From NCBI GenBank assembly GCA_050084515.1, contig CM114271.1, positions 5,456,001 to 5,520,000 on the forward strand: a DNA stretch of 64,000 nucleotides, given 5' to 3'. Positions 28,301 to 38,343 of this stretch are shown piece by piece. The position numbers and the translations under genes are program-made. A model generated the notes under the pieces. It ran no database searches and had not been told where the DNA came from. It worked only from the letters and a program-made list of their open reading frames with translations. The stretch's first letter is position 1. Every line of letters begins with the position of its first letter. Source of the DNA: Blasia pusilla. Lineage: Eukaryota.

Positions 28301-29050
28301 AAGTAGTCCCAAAGACGAAAAAATGACTCACAAGATAACAAATATGAGCATCTCTGCCCTAGTAGTAAACATACCAAAGATCTCGAAACATTCATGACAA
28401 TAAGTCTTGAAACGTGCCTAGAATTGATGGAATGATAGGTTGGGTCAAAGGACACAAGGAAAGGCATGGATTTCTCTAAAACTACACTTGAGGTGAAATA
28501 TCTTCAAGGGGATTTTGGAATTTGAACCCCACCTTGGGAACCATGAGGGTTAACCAAGAGCATATGATGATTGAGAGGTTGGCATTACACTATTGACACC
28601 AAGCCACTGCCAAATAGTCCAATTTTGGGCGCTAACATTGGATCTTGAGCCGAGGCTCAAATATTGAGTTTCGTTTATAGACTGTTTGAGGTCTATTAGG
28701 AAATTGGGACCGCAAAGTGCAGTAGTGTTGTTTCATGTCCCTAGACTATCAAAGAAGTTTATTTGAAGTCATGAATGACTTGCTTGTGTTGGGGAGTGAG
28801 GGCTTAGGTCAATATCTAGCCTGGTCTAGATGTATTGAGCTTGAGGGGTGATTTGAGACCCAAACTTGGGCGAAATAAGACTGGTAAAGCCAAAATATGG
28901 CTGATTTGAATGTGTTTGGATGCATATAAGTAGCGAGAGTATGATATGTTAAGCGAAAGCTTCCGTGACACACAAGATGGACGTTCAAAGGAGTAAGTGC
29001 TTTAATTTTGGTTTTCCTCCATCCTAAAAAGATGCCGATTATCTTTTCGC
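13400..29050. other. AT-rich region of ancient, fragmented TE debris; no credible host gene
   Basis: Only short, non-conserved ORFs; scattered decayed integrase-like (~16.3-16.5 kb, -) and hAT-like pieces. Confidence 0.5.
20960..21730 (-). pseudogene. Second hAT-type transposase remnant (C-terminal half)
   Basis: ORF 21442-21711 (ILSKIFEPKLVNIT...MNYI...GFHVIPNYG) aligns by eye with ORF 2284-2514 (NLSKIFQYKFFDVS...MNFV...GYHILPHFG). It is followed by GLKYWG...FKDLW...YTNL, resembling the hAT dimerisation region. Confidence 0.65.
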
Positions 29051-29375
29051 TCTGTGGTTATTGTGGAAAATTGCTAAACAAGCATAACTAGTGGAAAACG
29101 ACTCTCTCTCACACACACACATCACCATGGAGAACGAAATTTGCAATGAGAGAATGAGTGGAGGTTGGTCTCCTTCTCAATTAGATAGGGTATGTACAAG
29201 CAATCATAACCCTAACCTTAACCATAGTCTCGAGTTAGACTAACTGCGATTAACTAACCCTAGTTAAGATAATCACGCTTAATTGACTAACCAAGATTAA
29301 GCTTCCCTACTTCGTGTGAGTACCAAATATAGTAGGTCAGGTGTCTCATGAGCTTGACTGTACCTCAATCTTCAA

Positions 29376-30190
29376 TACTCCCCCTCAAGCTCATATCGAT
29401 ATCTCTAACGCCTAAATCATTTCTAAACATCTCAAACTTATCTCTAGACAATGCCTTTGTAAAGATGTCAGAAATTTACTGATATGTGTCTATATACACA
29501 AGATCAATTTCTCCTGCAAGCACTTTCTCTATGATAAAATCATAGGGCACCTCAACATGTTTTGTACAAGCATGAAACACAAGGTTATTAGCAAGCTTGA
29601 TGCTACTAATATTGTCTGCATATATTACACCAGGTCCTAATTTACTAACACAAATCTCAACAAGTAATCGATGAAGCCACACCGCCTCACATGCTGGATT
29701 GGTTGCTCCTCTGTATTCAACATGTGTTGAAGATAAAGCAACTGTAGGTTGCTTCTTTGAAGCCCAACTTATAGTTGCGTTTCCCAAAGTAAATGAATAA
29801 CCAGATATGGAGTGCCGATCAGACATGCTTCTTGCCCAATTAGCATCTATGAATCCCTGTAATTGAAAACTCGGAGAAGGTTGAAATTGAAGCCCGAATT
29901 GAATAGAGAATTTCACATACCACATAATCCTCCTCACAACATCAAGGTGAGGTTTTTGAGGTGCTTGCATAAATTGGCTCACTAGGCCAACACCATAACT
30001 CAAATCTGGTATGGTTATAGTTAGATAGATTAAACTTCCAACCATATGCCTGTACATATTAGAATCTGTAAGCAACTCTCCTTCATCCACTCTTAGCTTC
30101 ACACTCTGGTCCAACGGTGTGGAGATTGGCTTACAAGTTATCATACCATATTTTGAAAGCATATGAAGAGCATATTGTCGTTGTAGTAAC
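29376..30190 (-). mobile_element. Ty1/copia fragment: end of RT, RNase H and PPT
   Basis: YRHMVGSLIYLTITIPDLSYGVGLVSQFMQAP, SWASKKQPTVALSST, HACTKHVEV, SDIFTKAL (~29450-29475); PPT TTGAGGGGGAG at ~29378-29388. Confidence 0.92.
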
Positions 30191-32570
30191 TTGACAATTG
30201 CCCTAAATCGGAATACATTGAGGTATGGGACTATTCAAGGAGTTGGTTATCGACCTACTATCCGGAGGTTTCATCAAGGAGATTATGTCTACTTGCAGCA
30301 CGACCTTGGATGTGATTGCATGACACACCATCTTGAGAGTGCGTGAGATTTTGCCATCCGATGTTCTCTTATTGGAGGGACGTGATGGTATGGTTTGGAA
30401 AGACCATGTGCGTAACTGTGCGCCATGTCATCTTCCAAACATTCACGATACAGTTGATCCGAGCTTAGCAGTAGTTCCTACAGGCTTGAGATGTATGTTG
30501 TGTGGTTTTGCCTGTGGTGCATCCACTATTTTAGTCTATGATGGATGTTCGAGAGGATGGCATATAGCATGTGTCATGCCACCTCTCACTAGGGTTCCTA
30601 AGGGAAGATGGATGTGTCCTAGATGTACATAGCGTAGGTATTTCTACGTTCCGACTTGTATCTATGATATGGATGACAATAAGGCGACTAACGATGGGGC
30701 CACATGAGCACCCGACTTTCTTGCTCTTAGCGTCTGAGAGATGTATGTCATGGTAGATAGGGATAGATGACTATCTGGAGTTAGAAGGACCTAACCACCA
30801 ACTAGGGGGGCGATTGGTGATATTTTGATACTTCTTGTCCCGTTGTTTGGATGCCATAAGTAAGCATGGGATCGTGTGTGTTTGTTTGTGTGTTCGGTAA
30901 CACCGATGTATGTTGTGTAGCATTGTGTATGCATACGACACCTGTCACCTCTTTTAGGATAGATTGGTGAGATCTAGTAGAGCGCCTTTGTGAGTAGTGG
31001 AGGACATGCTCAATAGGTCGAGGATGACGTGTTGAGGCCTCGGGAAACCTGAGAGAGCATGTTTCCCCTTCGTTTCGGCTCATTTGGAGCCATATTGAGG
31101 AATTTACTATTTTAGGTAAGTACCATTTTGAATATATGATATAATTTCTATTGTTGGTAAGTGGCCCTTGACCTCCTACATCAGGTCAAGAGCCAAGGAG
31201 GTGACCTGGGAGCATAAGTTACCATGGAGAGAGCTTTGGAGAGGGGAGGGGTATACCTCAAGGAGAGAGAGCTTGAGAGCTCATTCTCTTTTTGTTGAAC
31301 CTCTTGGCATGAGGCGGCGGAGCTATGGTCGTGCTTGCCTTGTGTGTGTAACCCAAGCCTCTCATTAGGAGAGTGGGTTTGGTTTGACATTGAGAGAGAT
31401 ATGTGAGAGTGCAAATATTTGAGATCTATGGGGTTGAGAGAGATTGGATCTTATTTTATTGGAGATATTTTGGTACTTCTTGTATCGCGCTCCTACTCTC
31501 CTTGAACGTCAATCTTTAATGTTGCGGAAGTGTGCGTTCAGTAGGTCACGAATTCATCGCCGATCTGCACCCAAACACGCACTCTCGTTAGTCGGGTTTG
31601 GCCAACCGGCGTTCCAACCCACCGAGTCCTCAACTCGGCGTCTCATCAAGCTCAACCTTCCTTAGTTCCTAGCTCCCAACACATGGCAAGTCCTTCAAGA
31701 CTTGGAACAGACTTCCTGGTTAGTCGAGGGATCTGAAACGGCACGCCTAGCGATCCCAACTGTTCAACGGTCTTCGTGTGAGTTCCGAACCGAGACCCAA
31801 GTAATTGAGTCGCGGCGTGAAATCCAAGAGGGATGTCTAAAATCGCCTCAATGGACTTGGTGCAGGTTTTCCAACCCAACGCCCAAACTCGCGTTCCGTT
31901 CCATGCCCTTGAGCCGCCCCGCGGCGCCCAAAGTGGGGTTTGGGTTCCAAACACTCTTGGAGACCTTCCCCCTTACTAGTACTTCTGGGGTTCTCCAATA
32001 ACCCCTCCCCTTTGGGAAAAGAGGGTCGGGCCCTTCATTGTGGCCCTCAACCCGACTTCACTTACAGTCGTTTTCGGGTTGTATCTCGGCCGCTGCTTAT
32101 GCGTTTGCAGCGATCTTTGGTGCGTTTTGACCGGCTCTCCATAATCTTTCCAACGCACTCTTATTTGCTCCAAACGCATCTTGTCGCTAAAAGTTATGGC
32201 CATAAATACAGTCGGAAACTCTCAAACGCTAGTTGCGTTTCCAAATCCGGATCTTCCCTTTGGCAACCCACTTCCTAGACTCGACTTCTTTCAATTCTCA
32301 TTCCGCGTTTGGTCCAGGTTTCTCAGTCGCGACCATAACACCTGAAACGCGACTCATTGCTCGCGACTCGTCTCTTGTCTCCTCTTTGAGACAACTCCAA
32401 CGCGCAAACCATCTTAGCGTGAGCCCGCTAATGTTCGGATGTTCCGCTTGGCACTTGTTTGGTCATGAGGGTCGCGACATCTTGTCTCGTTGTTTGGATG
32501 CCATGAGTTAGCATGAGATTGTGCGTGTTTGTGTGTGTGTTCGATGACAGCGATGTGTATGCGCACGACA
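30191..32570 (+). mobile_element. 3' fragment of a PHD-finger Ty3/gypsy element (integrase C-terminus, PHD, PPT, LTR)
   Basis: Colinear with ORF 34045-34839: TLRYG..GYRP, LLLEGRDGMVWKDHVRNCAPCHLPN, PHD CMLCG...DGCSRGWHIAC...WMCPRC*. PPT TAGGGGGGCGA at ~30803. LTR 30943-32570 (TGTC...GACA) is interrupted by a solo LTR. Confidence 0.88.
31483..32479 (-). mobile_element. Solo LTR of the chromovirus family found at 3298-8876
   Basis: Homologous to 3298-4305; termini TATCGCG (from TGTCGCG)...CGCGACA; perfect 5-bp TSD TCTTG at 31478-31482 and 32480-32484. Confidence 0.93.
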
Positions 32571-32639
32571 CAGTTTTCCACATATTTTTGGGAACAAGGG
32601 TGGATAGGAATATAGTAGATCTCACCAATTCATTACCTA

Positions 32640-33219
32640 TTGTGTACAGGAGCATATTTACCTAAGTGTCCACTCTATTGTGGATGAGGGGATGAGTCAT
32701 ATCTATCCAACTGAATTTTTGAACACATGCTTGCCTTTTGAAATTTCTCCTCATCGTTTGTGTTTGAAGATTGGTGCACCAATCATGCTCTTACGAAACA
32801 AGAATGGATCCCATGGACAAGCAAACAAGATAAGATTGGCAATTCATGCATTCATGGATCCATGCAACATTGCATAGATGTTGAAATTATCACAGGGAAG
32901 AATATTGGAGATCGAGTCTTTATTCCACGTACACCATTGATTGCATTGGATTATGGTTTTCCATTTGATTTGTGTACGTTTCAATTCCCTATTCGTCCAA
33001 CTTTTGCTATGACTATTAATAAGTCTCAAGGTCAAACGTTGCAAAAGGTTGGAATTTACCTGCCTACTCATGTATTTTCTCATGGTCAATTGTATGTAGC
33101 ATTATCTAGAGTAGGGAAGAGAAGTTCCATCCACATTACCATTGGAAGTGATGAACATTCAAATAAGGAAGGTGACTGACTACACACGAAATGTAGTGTA
33201 TAAAGAGATACTCGGATGA
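32640..33219 (+). pseudogene. PIF1-family helicase C-terminal fragment (Helitron-derived)
   Basis: YPTEFLN...PHRLCLKIGAPIMLLRN, FPIRPTFAMTINKSQGQTL, VFSHGQLYVALSRV and terminal TRNVVYKEIL: intronless Helitron RepHel helicase motifs, with stops. Confidence 0.88.
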
Positions 33220-33262
33220 AATAAATTTTTGATTTGCAAACACTTCTCTATTTGACATGTGT

Positions 33263-33736
33263 TGTCATGCGAATCCATATCGTCATACAATATACATTGC
33301 TGACATACCATACTCACCTACATGCATAACATAGACGAGAGCATCCACAAACACAAGTGTACCACAACTGAAATCCGTGAAAGACCTACTGTCATAAAAC
33401 ACGTATAGAATCACACACAATCGAGCCAAACCCACTCCATGATGGGAGAATCCAAGTCGAAGCTTGTGGGAACCACCATAGCCAAGAGCTCTACTCACTA
33501 CCAAGGCTAACTCCCAACGCAACAGGCTCAACTCAAAGAACTAACTTTTCTTTGAGTGCACTCCACACTATATCCTCCAACCTAAGAGCAGGCCCTACTG
33601 GAAAAGTCACCCTCAACGGAGTAACCCCCAACCCTATGTATGAAACCGCATCTCTACCTAGACATTACGACCCTACATAAGGTACGACCTCTACTAGCAC
33701 ACTATACTCTACGACATAATCCGTATGGTCATGACA
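33263..33736 (-). repeat. 3' LTR (474 bp) of the DNMT-PHD gypsy element
   Basis: Perfect 7-bp inverted termini TGTCATG...CATGACA. Its last 107 bp (33263-33369) are duplicated at 33739-33845, next to the PPT. Confidence 0.75.
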
Positions 33737-34017
33737 GTTGTCGTGCGAATCCACATCGTCATACAATATTCATCGTTGACATACCATACTCACCTACATG
33801 CATAACATAGACGAGAGCATCCACAAACACAAGTGTACCACAACTCGCCCCCCTAAGTGGCGGTTAGGTCCCTCTAACTCCCAAGTAGCCCTATACATCT
33901 ACTACATGCTATACACCTTCATGGGTGCACGAATCAGAAGCCCGTGTGTTAGGTTGCCCCATCGTTAGTCGTACATCTGTAATCCATATCATGCAAAGAT
34001 CAAGTCATCTACCTCTC

Positions 34018-34170
34018 CTAAGTACATTGAGGACAAACCCACATTCAAGTAGGAACAACATCCATACGTGGAGTCAAACACATCATGTGCCAACCCCTAG
34101 AACACCGATCACACACCAACATACGGGTTGCGTTACCAGCAGACCCACACAACATGCACCTCAAGCTAGC
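34018..34170 (-). pseudogene. PHD finger (C4HC3) at the C-terminus of integrase
   Basis: CMLCGSAGNATRMLVCDRCSRGWHMMCLTPRMDVVPT*MWVCPQCT*; one premature TGA interrupts an otherwise complete PHD. Confidence 0.9.
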
Positions 34171-37138
34171 ACGTATCGTGGCTAAGCTTGGGTCAACACT
34201 TCCATCCACATTTGGAAGATGACATGGCGCACAATTACGCACATGGTCCTTCCAAACAACTCCATCACGACCCTCCAACATGAGAACTCCAGAAGCTAAC
34301 ACCTCACGCACTCGTAAAATAGTGCGGCTTGCCGTCACATCCAACGTTGTCGGTGCAATCTGCTGCAAATAGACATAGTCCCCCACATGGAGCCTATGAA
34401 TGGATGGTCGATAACCTCCACCCCAAATGGTTGCATACCGCAACGTATCCCTGTGTTGAGCAATGGCAAGATTCTCAAAGGCTGTTGGCATAACTCTCCG
34501 AAAGAGCTCTGCCCACTGAGAACACACTCTCATCCACATCTCTGGGTTGTCAAGGTTCACCACCTCACTAGACTCCCCACGAATTGCTGCTGGCACGTCT
34601 GGATCTCGGCCGTGTAACAGAAAATAAGGTGAGAAGAAAGCCAAGGATGCTTGGCGACTGAACCTATACCCCATGGCTAACCATGGCAACTGAATATCCC
34701 AGTCTCCAAGATGCCCCTTCTGTTGGCCATACTTGCGCAATGCCCTCTTCACCGTCTGAACCACACGCTCAGCCAAACCATCCGCCTCTGGATGATCTCG
34801 AGACGTGGTCCGATGATCAATCAACGCCTTGTCACACAAGACTTGAAACTCACCCTGAAACTATGTACCCTGGTCGGTCAACACCTCAATTGGTGCACCA
34901 AAATGACTAAGCACTCTATCAAGAAACGCATACGCCGTTCCCTCACTTGCATTGTCAGGTAATGACACAAACTCAATCCACTTGGAGAAGTGCTCCACCA
35001 TCACCAACACATATCGATGATGTTGTGCAGTCAACGGTAACGGTCCCGCAAAGTCCACACTCCAACGGTAACTCAATCCCATAATAGGAAAGGGGTGTAA
35101 TTGTGGTGTATGGGCATTGAATGATGCCCTCACCCGATCATAAACCATACAACGTGACACCAACAACTGCACCTGGGTATGCATGCCATGCCACCAATAC
35201 TTGCCAAGGAGTAAGCTATACGTACCCTTTACCCCAAAATATCCCAACTCCTTATGGGCATGTCGCACAATGCGCTCTCTCTAAGCCAAATACGGCACTA
35301 CTCGTACTCTACCATCCTCCCACACACGGAGAATATATGTTCCCTCCAATCAATACCTCTTAGCACGTTGAAGAACACGGTCTCGCTCCTTGGCACTCAC
35401 TATGCTTGGCACCCTACTGGTCCGTAGGAACTCCAACACCAACGCATCATCATGAATATCACGCTGATGCGTACCACCATCTCCAACCTTAGGATCTGAA
35501 GGCTGGCCATCTAACCTCTGACTATAGTAAGATGTCATGTGGTCCTCCATACTAGAGTCCACCCCTAACCAACATAAAAAGGCAGATGCATGCCAACCTG
35601 GGACCATCTCCTCATCAACCTCACCACGCCATCGAGCCTTAGTTGCATCCTCTTGGCTAGTATATGGGTTCCTACTCAACCCATGAGCATCAAGGTTGGC
35701 AACTCCAGGTCTATGTACCACCTGGAAGTCATACTCCTATAAGATAAGAGCCCACCATACAAGCTTCCCTGCAAGCTTGTCAGACTCCATCAACCACTTG
35801 AGCGGTTGGTGATCAGTAACAAGGGTAAACTATGTGCCAAACAAGTAACACCTAAAGTGTGCCACAACCCACACTACTGCTAAGCACTCTCCCTCATATG
35901 AACTATAGCGCGACTCCGTTGCATTATTCGAACGACTTGCATAGGCCACCACAAACTCCATGTGCTCATCATCATGTTGTGTCAACACCGCTCCAAGTCC
36001 CAACCTACTCCAATAAGTGTGTAACTGAAATGGGCGCCCTCTGATAGGTCTCCTCAAGATAGGCGCCGTCACCAATTGGGCCTTGAGCTCCACAAAAGCT
36101 CTCTCCTGATAACCTCCCCAATGCCACTCATGATCTGATTTCAGAAATTGCTTCAAAGGCTTTGCCATAGCACTAAATCCCTTCACATACCTCCGATAGT
36201 AGTTCGCCAATCCCATGAATGCCCGAACTCTACTCACATCTACCAGACGAGGAATAAGTGCAATAGCCTCCACCTTTGCTTGCTGAACTCCCAAACCACC
36301 TGGATAGATCACATGACCCAAGTACTCAACATCCTCATGGAAGAACTTACACTTTCCTGGATGCAAACGTAGACCATGAGCTTTCAACCGCTCAAACACA
36401 ATCTGCAAATGTATCTGATGCTCCTCCACTGTGTTACTGAACACCAAGATATCATCAATGTAACACTGAACAAAATCCAACCCTGCTAGGATCCTGTCCA
36501 TCACTTCTCTGAAACTCGGCAGTTGCATTCTTCAACCCAAAGAGTAAAATTTTCCACTGGTACAAACAATCCTTGCCATGAGAGTTGACACCCCAAAATG
36601 CTGTCTTGGCCTTGTCACTCTCCCGAATCGGCAACTGATGGTATCCTGCCGGAAGATCCAAAGTACTGAAAATCTTTGTCTGTCCCACCACATCAAAGAT
36701 CTCCTCATGTGTAGGCATGGCATACCTATCAGTCTTGGTCTGCCGATTGATAGGACGATAATCTCCACACATCCGCCCATCCGTGTAGTTGCCATGCACA
36801 TCCTTTTTAGCAAGCATGACAGTGGCTGATGCATACTCTCCATGCGACAACTCCACTAATCTAGCCTCCAAAAGGTCCAACGTCCCACTCTGAATCAGGT
36901 TCCTCTCCATATCACCATATCGGTAGGGACGACAAAAGATTGGCATATCACTAGCCAAATCAATCCGTATACCGGGTCCAACCAAAGCACCCAACTCCTT
37001 CATGCTAAAGGCAAAACAACTCCTATAAGCACGTAGGCACTGTGTCAAGCGTCGTTTCTCACCTCCCGTAAGCTTGGGCCCAAGTAATGGCTCCCAAGTC
37101 TCCTCCACTGGCACACTAGAGGGAGAGGATGACACCAT
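34171..37138 (-). pseudogene. RT, RNase H and integrase of the DNMT-PHD gypsy element
   Basis: ORFs 36455-37138, 35830-36528, 35350-35721, 34861-35268 and 34045-34839 carry gypsy RT/RH/IN motifs, separated by stops and frameshifts. Confidence 0.93.
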
Positions 37139-37389
37139 TGGCTGCTACGCAACCCCCTCACAAGATGGTACACCCTTAGCTACTTCATCATCTGACCAAA
37201 TAACTCCTCCACAAGCATGAGCAACCAACTCCACATGCCCAGCCATAACATCCCATTTACTCCAAGGATGCAAAATACTACTCTCCTCAAAAAATGCCTC
37301 TACCTTCCCGGTAGCCATCGAGCTCATCACAAGGGGTGAAAGACCCACAGACATAGTCCGAAGTCGACGTTGCTCGGCCATACCAAGAC

Positions 37390-38335
37390 TCAAAATCCAG
37401 GTCAAACAATTCAAGTCCATGGCCTGACCCAAGACATGACGTCGTGAACCCTAAAAAATGGAAGCAACCATTGTCACACCAGTAGCAAATCCCATCGCTC
37501 GCTCTCTCATCAGCGTTAGGCTCCACCAACTGTCGCACATAAAAATCCCATACAATCCCAGGACCACCTTCCCTGTAGGCATGTGACGAGGGAAAACTCA
37601 CAAATATGGGTAGTGCCATCCTAGGCTGGCCCACACGGTTCACCACTGCCATGGGTGATCGATCAATAACCCTCACTACCTAAGAAAGTCGCCCAATATC
37701 CAAGATACTATCCATTGTAAGGCAAGGATCCCGGTGCACTGCATCATATGCTCGACGTAGAACCTCCCTAGGCAACAAGTTTGTCCACCACAAGCGTGGC
37801 CGATGTGCACGCGAGCCAACTTGCGTTGCATCCAACAACACCGCTGGTCCAATCCAAGACCGCACCTCATGCACACTCGCATCATCCGGGTCCGAGTGTC
37901 ACCCAACAATGGAACATTCTCCAGAATGTAAGTTGGAGCATGTGCCTGATGAACCTGAAGATGTCGTAATACCCATAACATTTCCCCAAACAATCGAGAC
38001 CTAGGGTCGTGTAATCCCTCACCACGACCAACACGTGTATGACCCTGACATGGCCATCCAGCAATCACCAAATCCACAGGACCAACCCTCTCAAGGTCCT
38101 GCGCTCCCAACAATGTAGTGTGTGACGACAAAGCACGGTGGCACCCACGAATAGCTGATGGCGGAAACAACTCAGGAAATCTCGCATCAACTGACCAATA
38201 TGTCGGGATGAGACTCTCTTGGTCGTCTCATCTTACTCCACATACACGTATCTCCGTACAAGAATACCGGCTTGCAACACTACAACCAAACCAGTGCTAA
38301 TCCTACCAAAGAGATCTAACACACAAATGCCCTCC
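37390..38335 (-). pseudogene. C5 cytosine DNA methyltransferase domain (DNMT3-like), embedded in retrotransposon pol
   Basis: Motif I CVLDLFGRISTG (VLDLF at 38308-38322); IV DLVIAGWPCQG; VI YILENV; VIII LLDATQVGSRAHRPRLWWTNL; IX EPNADER..RAMGFATG; X RRHVLGQAMDLN. Canonical I-X order, no introns, several frameshifts and stops. Confidence 0.92.
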
Positions 38336-38343
38336 AGAGGATA

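Noticed and set aside
3298-32479. One giant 29-kb element bounded by the two homologous LTRs
   Set aside because: The 31483-32479 LTR has its own TCTTG TSD on both sides, so it is an independent insertion.
37390-38335. Host DNMT3/DRM gene interrupted by TEs
   Set aside because: Intronless, in frame with the protease, and flanked by colinear pol domains with no TSD or separate promoter; it belongs to the retroelement.
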